Source: Candidatus Hydrogenedentota bacterium (lineage in GTDB: Bacteria > Hydrogenedentota > Hydrogenedentia > Hydrogenedentales > SLHB01). From it: a stretch of 64,000 nucleotides of DNA. Below are positions 19,402 through 31,853 of this stretch, one piece after another. The DNA is taken from the NCBI GenBank assembly GCA_963745075.1, contig CAVUWV010000011.1:64001-128000 (forward strand). Direction: 5' to 3'. The position numbers and the translations under genes were made by a program. How positions within the stretch are numbered: position 1 is the stretch's first letter; each line of letters starts with the position of its first letter. The notes beneath the pieces were generated by a model that made no database searches, was not told the DNA's origin, and saw nothing but the letters and a program-made list of their open reading frames with translations.

Positions 19402-21981
19402 CTACGTTGAGGCTTGCTTCTGGCGCGCATTTTGCAAGCGTTCGCCCGCGGCCTGCATGGCCTGGCCTTCTTCGATCAAGGCCTCACCGCCCTTTACATC
19501 GCCCGAATTCTTACGTTCGTTGCCGTAGGATATGGCGATTTTGGCGAAATCAAAGTAGACGTCCGGCCGGCTGGGGTACAGCTCGATGCACTTGCGGTAC
19601 TGCTTTATCGCTTCGTCGTAGTACCTGAGCTGGTCGACGGACTTGTCGACCTCGCCGCGGCGCCACAGGGCACGCGCCAGCAGGTTGCGATAGGCCACTT
19701 GTTCCGGGCTGCGCTCCACGCATTTTCGGGCCCATTCAACACATTGGGTTGCGTATTCGATCTTTTTCTCGTCGGTCGTTGCGAAACGAAACAACATTTC
19801 ATACCAAAGACAAAGGTGCGCCGACACATCGGGATCGTAGGGGTAGCGCATATCAGCATCCGTGAATCGCGCCAACCACAGGGGAATTCGTTCCATGGCG
19901 CGGGCCTTGGCCTCCTGTGGCCTTACGATCAACAGTATGGCGTCCGGGGGGATCGACTCGTTTTCGTTAACAGGACGGGCGGAAGGACTTCCGGGCTGCA
20001 ACCGGGTGTAGAGTTTGCCAAACGTTTCTTGCGCCGCGCGGCTTGGAATCAGCAACGATACCACCCGCTCGGACATCTGGGGGAACTTCGGATTCGCTGC
20101 TTGCGCCCCCGAGGTGGTGTCGTCCACACCCAGAATGTCAACGGCTGCTTCAAGGCGCAGCTTTTGTTCCAGTTTGCTGCCCATGGTACGGTCTAACTGA
20201 TAGACCCGCCATCCGCACGCGACCACGATGGCCGCTGCCAATAAGCCTGGCGCACCGATGAAGTAGGCTTGTCCGCGTGTAAGCCGGGGTACCGAGGAAT
20301 CGGCCGCCAGGGACAGGAATAAGCCGGCCAGCAGAAATACCAGCGTTGCAAGCGCAGGGTTGGAGAAATTGAAGTCGACGAAAGCATGGAGCACGAATCC
20401 GAGAGTGCCGCAGAATACGCCGGTCAACAGCCAGCGGTATGCGGTATCGGCTTCGCGCAGAACACGCCGTACACCCCACAGTGCGAAATACCCCCAGAAG
20501 GCGATGAACGCGATGCCGCCGAAAACGCCGGTCTCACAAAATGCCTGTAAGAAGTCATTGTGCGCCTGTTTCACGTCGGCCGAATTGGGCAACTGGTATT
20601 TGGGATAAACCGTACCGAAATTGCCGAGCCCTACGCCGGTAATCGGATTGGCCAGGGCCATTTTGAGCGCCGACCGCCAGTACGACAATCGCAAGAACGC
20701 GGTTGCGGGGTTCATCATGGCATCAAACGAAGGATTGATTCCTTTGAGATCCAGGTTGGATTCGGCGGGTTGCTGGCTCTCGGGTTGGGGTTGGCCCTCG
20801 ACCGCCCACGCAGGCGCATCGAGCAATCGCGCGCCCGTCGCCGCCGCAAATAAAATTAACGCGGCGATCGCAGCACCGCGGGCACCCGCCATCTTCCGTC
20901 CCTTCCAGAGGAGAAACCCGCCGAGCGAGAGTGCCGCGGCGGTAGCAAGCATCCCACCGCGGGAATAGGTGTGGGCGAGGCCGATGCACTGGAGCAGTGC
21001 CAGCGCCGCCAGCGCTCCACATTGAATCCAGAGGAGCACGGTTCGTGTGCCTTTCTTGACAATGGCGAGGTAGGTTCCCGCGCCAATCCCGGCGGGAAGA
21101 ATTGCGCAGTACAAGCTCCAGCGGATGGGGTGGTTGGTCCAGTCGTCCCCCGGGTACGCAAAGGCAAAGTAGAAGGAGTAATAGGTGGCCATCGCCACAA
21201 AGGCGCCGAAGCCGATTGACAGTCCCAGGATGAGCGCCTTCAGGTTGAGCCGGGGTTCGCTGGCGACGGAGGCCGGGCTTCCCGCGCGAAGTTTCAAGAG
21301 GGCCTGAACCGAGCCGCCGATGGCGAAGGGAATCGAGACCAGTACCCAGCATGCCAACGCATTGGCGAACAACAGAGACCCCATGGCGCGGTTGCTCTCG
21401 ATCCGGCTGCGGATGGCTTCCGTCATTTCGGTGGTGCCGAAATACCGTTCCATCAGCGCGGGGTCCTTTACGGCCTCCCGCGTCATCGGCATGAGGTACT
21501 TGATGTGGAGAATGCTCCAGATGGTTTCTGCGAATGAGGTGAGCACGAAAAATCCGAGCACGATTGCGACCGCGCTACGCGACCGTAAGCCGCTCGCGGC
21601 CATCATGAAGATCATGAGGTACGCGGCCCAATTCAAAAGGGATCGATAGGTCGCGTCATACTGAACCGAGAAGAGTCCCGTTATGAATGCAACCGCGAAA
21701 AACACCGCCAACAACCCGATATGAACGGGGTAGCGGAGTTCCTCTTTCCGGAACAACATCCGCGCGGACCACAATGCGAAAAGCACGGTCACGACCCCCA
21801 CAAAGTACGTATTCTTTTCAGGATAGGTCAGGCCATCTACCCACGGCCGGACGAAGATGAGTCCCCCCAGGCCCAGCGCCAAAACGATCTCGTGAACGGG
21901 TGCGCCGAACGGGGCCCAAGTCTCTTCCGCCGGGGCACCGGTTTGCGACGGTTTAGGTATGCAAGTGGACTTGCTGCTCAT
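19402..21981 (-). CDS. O-antigen ligase-like (Wzy_C) membrane protein with C-terminal TPR-like region
   Basis: TYSRGG, RLSYW, GVGLGNF, AHNDFLQ, HAFVDF and many TM helices. Start taken at the ATGA overlap with the wecA-like stop. Confidence 0.8.
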   Translation of the reverse strand: MSSKSTCIPKPSQTGAPAEETWAPFGAPVHEIVLALGLGGLIFVRPWVDGLTYPEKNTYFVGVVTVLFALWSARMLFRKEELRYPVHIGLLAVFFAVAFITGLFSVQYDATYRSLLNWAAYLMIFMMAASGLRSRSAVAIVLGFFVLTSFAETIWSILHIKYLMPMTREAVKDPALMERYFGTTEMTEAIRSRIESNRAMGSLLFANALACWVLVSIPFAIGGSVQALLKLRAGSPASVASEPRLNLKALILGLSIGFGAFVAMATYYSFYFAFAYPGDDWTNHPIRWSLYCAILPAGIGAGTYLAIVKKGTRTVLLWIQCGALAALALLQCIGLAHTYSRGGMLATAAALSLGGFLLWKGRKMAGARGAAIAALILFAAATGARLLDAPAWAVEGQPQPESQQPAESNLDLKGINPSFDAMMNPATAFLRLSYWRSALKMALANPITGVGLGNFGTVYPKYQLPNSADVKQAHNDFLQAFCETGVFGGIAFIAFWGYFALWGVRRVLREADTAYRWLLTGVFCGTLGFVLHAFVDFNFSNPALATLVFLLAGLFLSLAADSSVPRLTRGQAYFIGAPGLLAAAIVVACGWRVYQLDRTMGSKLEQKLRLEAAVDILGVDDTTSGAQAANPKFPQMSERVVSLLIPSRAAQETFGKLYTRLQPGSPSARPVNENESIPPDAILLIVRPQEAKARAMERIPLWLARFTDADMRYPYDPDVSAHLCLWYEMLFRFATTDEKKIEYATQCVEWARKCVERSPEQVAYRNLLARALWRRGEVDKSVDQLRYYDEAIKQYRKCIELYPSRPDVYFDFAKIAISYGNERKNSGDVKGGEALIEEGQAMQAAGERLQNARQKQAST

Positions 21982-23111
21982 GGTGTCTTGCGTCTTCCGT
22001 TTGCGGAAATCATTAGTAGAACGATAAGGCAATACACGCCCACCGTCTGCGCTACCACCACGATGGTACCGGTTGTGGTGACGTGGGGCAAAAGCACGGC
22101 GCCGAGGCCGCACACGAAGCCCACGAGGTAGATGAATTCCACCGCTTGACTCGGCGACATGCCGATCTCGACCAGCCGGTGTGAAAAATGACGCTTGTCG
22201 CCCTTCATGATGGATTCCCCCCGGCGCCAGCGGATAAAGACGACGCTCATGGTGTCGAAGATGGGTACGCTCAGCGCCAGTAACGGTGCGGCCAACGCAA
22301 TGCGCGATGGGGTTCGCTCCGCGGTGTAGAAAGTGCCGAGGAGCGCGACGGTCGCAAGCAGGTAGCCGCAAAACATCGCGCCGGCGTCACCCATGAAGAT
22401 GCGCGCAGGGTTGAAGTTGTGAAAGAGGAAGCCGGCCACCGATCCCGCAAAAACCATGAGCAAAACACATACAAACGTCTGCCCGCTCGGAAGGAAACAT
22501 GCGAAGAGCGCCAATGCCGCGATGACGGCAACTCCGGCGCAGAGCCCGTCCATGTTGTCCAAGAAATTCATGGCGTTAATCATCATAATCACCCAGAACA
22601 TGGCCGCGAGGGATCCCGCGATTGCCGCCAGTGGATCGGGCAGGATGTCGTTGAAGAAGTCGAACCGCACGCCGGATACGACGAGCACCAGTGTTGCCAC
22701 GATCTGGCCGGCCAATTTCTTCTCCGGCCGAAGCGCATGCAAATCGTCCACCACGCCCAAGGCAAAAACGATAAGACCCCCGGCGATGACACCGGCGAGT
22801 TTCCACTGCGCGTCCTGTCCCCGGCCAAGAAAGTGGAGCACGTGATCTTCAATCCACGCGTAGCCCAATTGGGTTGCAGGAATTAGAAGGAGTAGATTTA
22901 CCGCGATCACAAGATGGAAGGCAACGCAGATCGCGACGCCACCAAGTAAAGGCACCGGTTCGGTCTGCATTTTGCGGTCGCCAGGATGATCGAAGACCCC
23001 CCAACGGATTGCCAATAAACGCATAAAATGCGTGAGGATTGCCGACGCCACAAAGGAAACCCCTAACGCATACGCGAAAATCGAGTACCAATTCACTTGC
23101 CAGTCAGTCAT
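21978..23111 (-). CDS. Undecaprenyl-phosphate GlcNAc-1-P transferase (WecA/TagO, MraY family)
   Basis: PLLGGVA, GVVDD, NAMNFLDNMDGL, NFNPARIFMGDAG, DKRHFSHRL. Confidence 0.9.
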   Translation of the reverse strand: MTDWQVNWYSIFAYALGVSFVASAILTHFMRLLAIRWGVFDHPGDRKMQTEPVPLLGGVAICVAFHLVIAVNLLLLIPATQLGYAWIEDHVLHFLGRGQDAQWKLAGVIAGGLIVFALGVVDDLHALRPEKKLAGQIVATLVLVVSGVRFDFFNDILPDPLAAIAGSLAAMFWVIMMINAMNFLDNMDGLCAGVAVIAALALFACFLPSGQTFVCVLLMVFAGSVAGFLFHNFNPARIFMGDAGAMFCGYLLATVALLGTFYTAERTPSRIALAAPLLALSVPIFDTMSVVFIRWRRGESIMKGDKRHFSHRLVEIGMSPSQAVEFIYLVGFVCGLGAVLLPHVTTTGTIVVVAQTVGVYCLIVLLMISANGRRKTP

Positions 23112-23264
23112 GCCTTTCCCACGCGATTCATGTTCCCCACGGACGGAAGCCCTTATTGTTAACCAAGACGGGGCCGGAAATCTATCGGTGCTTGGCTGCG
23201 CCGGGCAAGCGTGGGGCAGATACGGATACTTGGCGTAAACCCCGCTGAGAACTGCGACTCGATC

Positions 23265-24365
23265 TCAGCGTGTGAGAACCTCCTCGTACACGTCGAATTC
23301 GCGACGGGCGATATGTTCGGCGTGGAGGTCGGTTTGGACTCGTTGGCGGGCGAATTCGCCCATGGCCCGGCGTTGCGCGGGATTCTCGAGGAGTATGTTG
23401 ATGGCTTCGGCCAAGGCCACCGGGTCGCGGGGCGGTACATTAAGACCGGTCTGTGTGTGAATGTTGACGAATTCGACGCCGGTTCCGAGCGTGGTGGCAA
23501 CGACGGGTTTGCCGCACGCGTGCGCCTCAAGCATGGAGATTCCGTACGCTTCGCTCCGTGCGACAGATGGAAAAGCGAATACGTCACAGCCGTGGAGGTG
23601 GGCGATGAGGTCCTCGCGCGTCAGGCGCCCCGGAAAATGCACCGGCGCGTCGAGTTCTTTTGCCAGCGCTTCGCAGGCCGCGCGCTCCGGGCCATCCCCC
23701 GCGATAACCACCGGCGCTTGAATGCGTTTCGATGCGCGCACCAGGTTCTCGAGACCCTTGTAGTACCGGTGCCGGCCGCTGAAGAGCACGTACCCACCGC
23801 CGTACCGGTCGTGCAAGGCGCGCACGGTTTCCTCGCCGGGGTGGACGAATTCTTCGGGCAGGATTCCCAGCGGAATGATACGGCACATATCCTTGAACGG
23901 TTCAAGCGTGGTCGAAGTCTCCAGGTATTGTTGCGACGTAGTGATGATAACGTCGGCCGCTTCGAGGAACCGGCGCTGCACGGGCGCGTAAATCCGCATG
24001 GCCTTCGCCTGGCGCACCACGTCGCTCTGATACCGCACCACGAGACGCGCCTTCGGTCTAGCCACGAGCCACGAAACTTCGGCCGTCGGATTCGGTACGT
24101 GAACGACGACGACATCCGCGTCTATCTTGCGCACGTGCCAGGGGAAGGTGGGAGCGATCGGCGCACTTTGGAAGCGTCCCCATTCGCCGACTTCCGTAAC
24201 GCGGGTGCCGTCCCGATCGACGACGCGGGTGCGCCGGGATCGACTGCATGTGAGGGCCTCGACCTCCGCCCATTGCCGCTGAAACCGGCACATGAGCGCC
24301 ATGTGATGTTCCATGCCTCCGTGAACCGGCGGGTCGAAGTCTTTGTATATGTGGACAATCTTCAA
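23265..24365 (-). CDS. Glycosyltransferase family 4
   Basis: GGME, YYKG, FPSVARSEAYGISMLEA. Confidence 0.9.
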   Translation of the reverse strand: MKIVHIYKDFDPPVHGGMEHHMALMCRFQRQWAEVEALTCSRSRRTRVVDRDGTRVTEVGEWGRFQSAPIAPTFPWHVRKIDADVVVVHVPNPTAEVSWLVARPKARLVVRYQSDVVRQAKAMRIYAPVQRRFLEAADVIITTSQQYLETSTTLEPFKDMCRIIPLGILPEEFVHPGEETVRALHDRYGGGYVLFSGRHRYYKGLENLVRASKRIQAPVVIAGDGPERAACEALAKELDAPVHFPGRLTREDLIAHLHGCDVFAFPSVARSEAYGISMLEAHACGKPVVATTLGTGVEFVNIHTQTGLNVPPRDPVALAEAINILLENPAQRRAMGEFARQRVQTDLHAEHIARREFDVYEEVLTR

Positions 24366-24390
24366 CGTCCCGTACTAGCCTCCGTCTCGT

Positions 24391-25503
24391 TCATGTTCCC
24401 ATCGCGCGCCGGTACGTCTCCAACGTCTGCTCGGCTGCGTTGGTCCAACTGTACCGTTTGGATCGCTTCAATCCTTTTTCCGACAACTCGTTTCGCAGCG
24501 CTTCGTCGGTTGCCAGCATACGCATACTGTCGGCAAGGGCGCCCACATTGGTGGGATCTTCCGTCAGGGCCGCGTCGCCGGCGATTTCCGGCAGACTCGA
24601 GACATTGGAGGTGAGGACCGGTACGCCGCACGCCATCGCTTCCACCACGGGAATGCCGAACCCCTCATACAGGCTGGGGTATACCAATGCGGTAGCGCCG
24701 CTCATCACCGCGGGCAAATCGTCATCCTCGATGAATCCAGGAAAGTGAATGCGCCGGACGTGGTCCGTCAGATCCGCTTCCTGACGGATCGGTGCGACCT
24801 TCCAGCCGTCGCGCCCCGCAATGACAAGGTCCTCTTGAATATCTTCGGCAATTCGAGCCCAAGCCTGGATGATACGCGCCACATTCTTGCGGGGTTCGAT
24901 GGTCCCAACAAAGAGAACGTAACGATCCGGCAAGCGGTATTTCCCCTTCGCAGCCAGTTGCTCGCCTTCATTGCGCGGCGTGTACCGTTCGTCTACCCCG
25001 TTGTGCACCACGTCGATGCGGTCCGCCGGAATGTTCAATACTCTGCATATCTCGTTCGCGGTCGCGGTTGATACGGCGATGATCCGGCTGGCGTGCCGGG
25101 CGGATCGGGCGACGGCCCAGCAGTAGTATCGGGCGCGTTCCGCTCGATACCACGAGGGATTATGGAAGAAGGTTAGATCGTGAATTGTGAGGACCATGTT
25201 GCGCAGGGAGAATACACTTCCCACGTTCGCGGGATAATGGACGATGTCTGCACGGGCCGCGCGAATGTCGCGCCGGATGCCGAATTGGTCGTAGCGAATG
25301 CGGGCGCTCGCGGAGCGAATGGCCCGCTTTTGAACGTTCGCGGGGGAGTCCTCAAACTGCTTGGGCCAGCTTACGTGAGCCGGCCAGATCACGGTCACCG
25401 CGCCCTCTTTCATGAGGCGGGGCGTTCTCGCGGCAAGTTGCGTGGTGTACACACCCGTTCCGCTGCGGTTGCCCGCTTGCAGTGCGTTGAGCAACACCTT
25501 CAT
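24391..25503 (-). CDS. Glycosyltransferase family 4 (mannosyltransferase-like)
   Basis: TIHDL, VGTIEPRKN, YPSLYEGFGIPVVEAMACG. Confidence 0.9.
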   Translation of the reverse strand: MKVLLNALQAGNRSGTGVYTTQLAARTPRLMKEGAVTVIWPAHVSWPKQFEDSPANVQKRAIRSASARIRYDQFGIRRDIRAARADIVHYPANVGSVFSLRNMVLTIHDLTFFHNPSWYRAERARYYCWAVARSARHASRIIAVSTATANEICRVLNIPADRIDVVHNGVDERYTPRNEGEQLAAKGKYRLPDRYVLFVGTIEPRKNVARIIQAWARIAEDIQEDLVIAGRDGWKVAPIRQEADLTDHVRRIHFPGFIEDDDLPAVMSGATALVYPSLYEGFGIPVVEAMACGVPVLTSNVSSLPEIAGDAALTEDPTNVGALADSMRMLATDEALRNELSEKGLKRSKRYSWTNAAEQTLETYRRAMGT

Positions 25504-26618
25504 GAGGCGATCTCCCTATAGGCTGACAGCGTTGCTTCGGCACAGGATCGCCAGGAAAACTGCCGCGCCCGATCGTGTCCCTCCGCTATCATTCGTGATC
25601 GCAGCTCCGTGTCGTTTATCACGTGTTCGATGGCGTTGGAGATCCCTTCCTCGTCTTCAGGATCGCAGTAGACGGCCGCGCCACCGCCGACTTCGGGCAA
25701 GCACGATACGTTCGAGGCAACGACCGGGCAACCGCACGTCATCGCTTCAAGCACCGGGAGCCCGAATCCTTCGTAAAACGACGGGAAGACAAACACGTCT
25801 GCCGCTGAATACAGCGCGGACAGTTCATCGTACGTTACGAAGCCCGTGTGGGTGACTTTGTCTGCGAGGCCGGGCTTTCCGAACTCGTCCAGCGTATTCC
25901 CAGAATTCCAGCCGATGGACCCCGCGAGCACCAGCCGGTGCGGCAGCGATTTGGCGAGCAACCGAAACGCGCGGATCAGTCCTCGCACGTTCTTTCGTGG
26001 TTCAATCGTGCCGGCAAAAAGCAGATACGGATCGCGAATCCCGAACCACTCGGCCACGCACTGCTGGGCTTCGTCTCGTGGGACCGGTTGCAGGGAAACG
26101 TTTGCCGCGCCGTAGGTGACGCGGACCTTCTCCTCCGGAACCTCCAGGAGGTTCACGATGTCGTGCATGGTCGATTCAGACGACGCCAGCAACAGGTCGG
26201 CGTCATGTGCGAAGCGCCGAATATTCTTCGAGAAAGGGCCGACCACTTTCGGGCTGCACCATTCCGGGCGTACCAGAAAGGCCAGGTCAAAAATGGATAA
26301 GACACGTCGCCCTCGGCGGGAAGGAGGTAGAAAGTAGTTGGTCGCGTGATACACGTCCAAGCTGCCGATGAGGCTTTCCACTGCGGGAAACCGGAAGGCG
26401 TTCCACATCGCATACATCGCCCGTGTGGGAATCGGCACATGCCGGCAGGTCACGCGATCCGCCAAGGCGTCCAGGCTCGGGGCGCCCAGCCCCGTTGCGA
26501 GCCCCTTGATGGCGGGAGCGTCGGGCAGATTCAGGAGGGCTTCGAGCAAGGAATAGCAGAAGTTGCCGACACCGGTCCGGCTATTGGTAATGGGACCCAT
26601 GTCATACCCAACCTGCAT
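25500..26618 (-). CDS. Glycosyltransferase family 4 (mannosyltransferase-like)
   Basis: TGVG, GTIEPRKN, FPSFYEGFGLPVLEAM. Confidence 0.9.
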   Translation of the reverse strand: MQVGYDMGPITNSRTGVGNFCYSLLEALLNLPDAPAIKGLATGLGAPSLDALADRVTCRHVPIPTRAMYAMWNAFRFPAVESLIGSLDVYHATNYFLPPSRRGRRVLSIFDLAFLVRPEWCSPKVVGPFSKNIRRFAHDADLLLASSESTMHDIVNLLEVPEEKVRVTYGAANVSLQPVPRDEAQQCVAEWFGIRDPYLLFAGTIEPRKNVRGLIRAFRLLAKSLPHRLVLAGSIGWNSGNTLDEFGKPGLADKVTHTGFVTYDELSALYSAADVFVFPSFYEGFGLPVLEAMTCGCPVVASNVSCLPEVGGGAAVYCDPEDEEGISNAIEHVINDTELRSRMIAEGHDRARQFSWRSCAEATLSAYREIAS

Positions 26619-26791
26619 ATAAAGCTCGGAACCTCCATAGGTACGCTCTAACTGGTTAAATACTAGCAGCTTATGACGTAAGTTGTCAAGTGATAATGTG
26701 TCCGGCGTTGCGGCGAGGGAATCGGCTTAACTTATTTTTCATTAATGAGTTAAGTGACGAACACGAAAGGGATGTCGAAACAGGTCGAGTC

Positions 26792-26820
26792 TTGACAGAG
26801 GTAGGCGAGTATGTTACACT
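26792..26820 (+). promoter_or_regulatory. Sigma70 promoter of the hrcA operon
   Basis: TTGACA-N17-TACACT with extended -10 TG. Confidence 0.8.
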
Positions 26821-26830
26821 CGCGCGATTA

Positions 26831-26857
26831 TTAGCACTCCATAGAGTTGAGTGCCAA
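26831..26857 (+). promoter_or_regulatory. CIRCE element (HrcA operator)
   Basis: TTAGCACTC-N9-GAGTGCCAA, one mismatch to TTAGCACTC-N9-GAGTGCTAA, between the promoter and hrcA. Confidence 0.93.
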
Positions 26858-26872
26858 ATCGGGGTTTCGACC

Positions 26873-27934
26873 ATGCGACCCGAGGCTGAACTCTCAGAAC
26901 GCGAAAAACTTATCTTGCAGGCCGTCGTGCACAGTTATATCACGACGGCCGAGCCGGTGGGGTCGCGGTCTATTGTGAGGCGTTTCGATTTGGGCGTGAG
27001 CGCCGCCACGGTGCGCAACGTGATGTCGGACCTGGAAGAGCACGGGTACCTGCAGCAGTTGCACACCAGTTCGGGCCGGGTGCCGACCGATGAGGGCTAC
27101 CGGTACTACGTCGACTACCTGATGCGAGTCCAGGATCTGACCTTGCAGGAGCGGGCCCGGATTGAGAGGGAGTTAACCGCGAAGCGGGACGATGCCGATG
27201 AGGTGATGCGGCAGACCAGTCATTTGCTTGCGTTGATGGCCCATCAAACCGGTATCGTAGAGGTTCCGGGCGAAGGACGGGCACAGGTCAATCGCATCGA
27301 GCTGGTGCCCGTGTCGCAGACCCGTACGGCAATTCTGATCGCCGACAGCCTCGGGCGCGTCCGAACGCAGATCGTTTCGTACGAACGGCCTATGAATTCC
27401 GTTCAAGTGCAGCGACTGAGCGCGTTCTTGAATGACAATCTGCGCGGCGTTCCCGTGGAGAATCTGGCCCAATCGCTGCAAACGCGGTTACGTGTGTACC
27501 TCGACGAGCAGCGAGGGTTGGCGGAAGAAGCGATGCGGCTGCTGCAGCTCTTGCCGGCTCATCGGCCGGGGCAGTTGTTTTTGGAAGGCGCGACGCAGTT
27601 GTTCGAACAGCCTGAATTTCGGGATGTCGAACGGGCGCGCGAAGTGTTCAGTCTACTGGAAGAACGCGATCGTTTGGTGGACTTGCTCCGCGTGGGCGTT
27701 ATGAACGAGGAGCAAGCCGGCACCTACGTCATTATTGGTAAAGAGGCCATTGGCAAGGGAATCGACGGTATCAGCATCGTGGCGTCGCCGTACTCGGTCG
27801 GGTCCAGGAACGTCGGCATGATTGGCGTTCTGGGACCGAGACGCATGCCCTATTCGCGGATTACCGCTGTCGTGGACTTTACGGCTGGCATGTTGAGCCG
27901 GCTGTTGACCAAGCTCGCCGGAGCCGGTAGTTGA
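26873..27934 (+). CDS. hrcA: Heat-inducible transcription repressor
   Basis: YITTAEPVGS, SAATVRNVMSDLE, HTSSGRVPTDEGYR, GVLGPRRMPY. Confidence 0.95.
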   Translation: MRPEAELSEREKLILQAVVHSYITTAEPVGSRSIVRRFDLGVSAATVRNVMSDLEEHGYLQQLHTSSGRVPTDEGYRYYVDYLMRVQDLTLQERARIERELTAKRDDADEVMRQTSHLLALMAHQTGIVEVPGEGRAQVNRIELVPVSQTRTAILIADSLGRVRTQIVSYERPMNSVQVQRLSAFLNDNLRGVPVENLAQSLQTRLRVYLDEQRGLAEEAMRLLQLLPAHRPGQLFLEGATQLFEQPEFRDVERAREVFSLLEERDRLVDLLRVGVMNEEQAGTYVIIGKEAIGKGIDGISIVASPYSVGSRNVGMIGVLGPRRMPYSRITAVVDFTAGMLSRLLTKLAGAGS

Positions 27935-27968
27935 CGGGTTTTCCGGCGCACAAGGTAATTGGGTACGA

Positions 27969-28652
27969 ATGAGTAAAACGGAAACAAAGAAGACGGAATT
28001 GGAAAGACGGCTGGAAGAAGAAGCAGAAGCGGATCGGAAGGCTCGAAACGAATCAACTTCGGAGCCGGAGGGCGCGGAGCATCCGGAAGGCATCGGCCCG
28101 GCGGATACGGCATCGCCGGGCGCTCACGAGTCGGAGTCGTTTAAGGCCGAGCGGGACGCATTGGCCGACCAGTTGTTGCGTGCCCGGGCCGAGTTCGACA
28201 ACTACCGGAAACGGATGGCACGGGAAGCCGAGCGTACCCGCCAGATGGCGGCTGAGTCGTTGATTCGGGACATTCTGCCAGTTGTTGACCACCTCGAACT
28301 CGCGCTGAAACACGCCGACGATCACCCGGGCGCGCTGGGTGAAGGCGTGGCATTGGTTTTGCGCCAATTCCACGAGGTGCTGGGCAAGCACGGCGTGCAA
28401 CCCATCCCGGCCGAAGGCGAGCCCTTCGATCCGAACGTGCACGAGGCCGTGATGCAGCGCGAAACGGACGGTGTGCCGCCGGAATCCGTTGTCGAAGAAT
28501 TTCAAAAGGGATACCGCTTGGGTTCCATCGTGCTTCGGCCATCAAAAGTGGTCGTATCCATGGGGAGTCCGCAGGCGGCGTCTGCCGCAGACGAACTCGG
28601 TGAAGGTGAACCGCCGCCGGAGCCGTCCACGGAAGACGGCGATCCGGCGTAG
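27969..28652 (+). CDS. grpE: Nucleotide exchange factor GrpE
   Basis: RARAEFDNYRKR, FDPNVHEAV, QKGYRL...LRPSKVVV. Confidence 0.95.
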   Translation: MSKTETKKTELERRLEEEAEADRKARNESTSEPEGAEHPEGIGPADTASPGAHESESFKAERDALADQLLRARAEFDNYRKRMAREAERTRQMAAESLIRDILPVVDHLELALKHADDHPGALGEGVALVLRQFHEVLGKHGVQPIPAEGEPFDPNVHEAVMQRETDGVPPESVVEEFQKGYRLGSIVLRPSKVVVSMGSPQAASAADELGEGEPPPEPSTEDGDPA

Positions 28653-28706
28653 CGTATCCCAAACATTAGTTTACGAACCGATTGTCGGAATGGAGGCTTG
28701 AACGTA

Positions 28707-30635
<1,929 letters not shown>

Positions 30636-30675
30636 GAACCGCGGGAAGAACTCACAAAGGTCCAAGTGTTAGACT

Positions 30676-31822
30676 ATGGCTATGCCCCAACAAAAAGACT
30701 ACTACGAGCTTCTTGGTGTTTCCCGCGACGCGAGTACGGAGGAAATCCGGAAAGCGTATCTGAAGCTGGCCCATAAGTATCATCCCGACAAGACCGGCGG
30801 GGATAAGGTCGCTGAAGACAAGCTCAAGGAGATCAACCAAGCCTACGACACCCTGAAGAATCCGGACAAGCGTTCCAAGTATGACCAGTTCGGTCACATG
30901 GGTGATCAGTTTGCCGGGGCGGGGGGGGCCGGTGGTTTCGGCGGATTCGGTTTCGGCGGCGGGCGGCGGGTTCGAAGCGCCGTTCGATGATTTCTTCGAT
31001 GTTTTGTTCGGTCAGAGTCGCGGAGGGCGCCGTCGTGCGGCGGCGCGGCCCGGTAACGATCTCGAGTACCGGCTTTCCATCACGTTGCGCGAGGCGGCTT
31101 CAGGCTGCAAACGCACCTTTCGATTTGCACGACGGGAAGTATGCAACGAGTGCAAAGGATCTGGCGCCATGCCCGGTACCCAACCGCAGGCCTGCGCCGA
31201 CTGCTCGGGGACGGGCCAAGTCCGTCGAGCCCAAGGTTTTTTCAGTATTTCGCAGACCTGCCCGCGGTGTCGCGGAACGGGACGCATCATTCAAAAACCC
31301 TGTTCGCGCTGTTCCGGTTCGGGGCGTTATCGCGCCGAACGGGAATTGTCAGTCGACCTGCCCGCGGGGATAGACACCGGTTCCCGTTTGCGCCTTTCCG
31401 GCGAAGGTGAGCCAGGAGACAGCGGCGGTCCCCGGGGTGACCTCTACATCTTCGTGGAAGTGGAACCCGACGAAATCTTCGAACGCGAAGGGAACGATGT
31501 CATCTGCGATTTGCCGGTCAGCTTCCCGCAAGCGATTCTCGGCGATAAGATTCGCGTTCCCACTCTGAACGGCGAGGCCGATTTGAAGATTCCACCGGGA
31601 ACCCAGTCCGGAACCCAATTCCGTCTGCGGGGAATGGGTATCAAGGATCTGCGCGGGTATCATAAAGGCGATCAGCTCGTTCGCATCCAGGTCGAGACCC
31701 CGACGAAGCTGTCTCGGGAACAGCGCGAGTTGATTGAGCGGTTCCGGGAAATCAGCAACGAGAAATCGTACCCGCTCTACCATCGCTTCATCGAGAAGGT
31801 GAAGAAATCGCTGGGCGGATAA
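30676..31822 (+). pseudogene. dnaJ: Chaperone DnaJ, split by a frameshift near 30961 (possibly a sequencing error)
   Basis: J-domain with HPD in 30676-30990. Four CxxCxGxG repeats and the C-terminal domain lie in the next frame ending at 31822. Confidence 0.85.
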
Positions 31823-31853
31823 TCCGCGCTCCTCAAATCTCCCCCCGGCAGTC

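Noticed and set aside
19402..22371. 989-aa length given for the ligase-like ORF, and similarly extended starts for trpG, hisI, efp, hrcA, tatB and the asparaginase
   Set aside because: The extensions overlap upstream genes or promoters. Downstream starts fit RBS, ATGA coupling and family N-termini.
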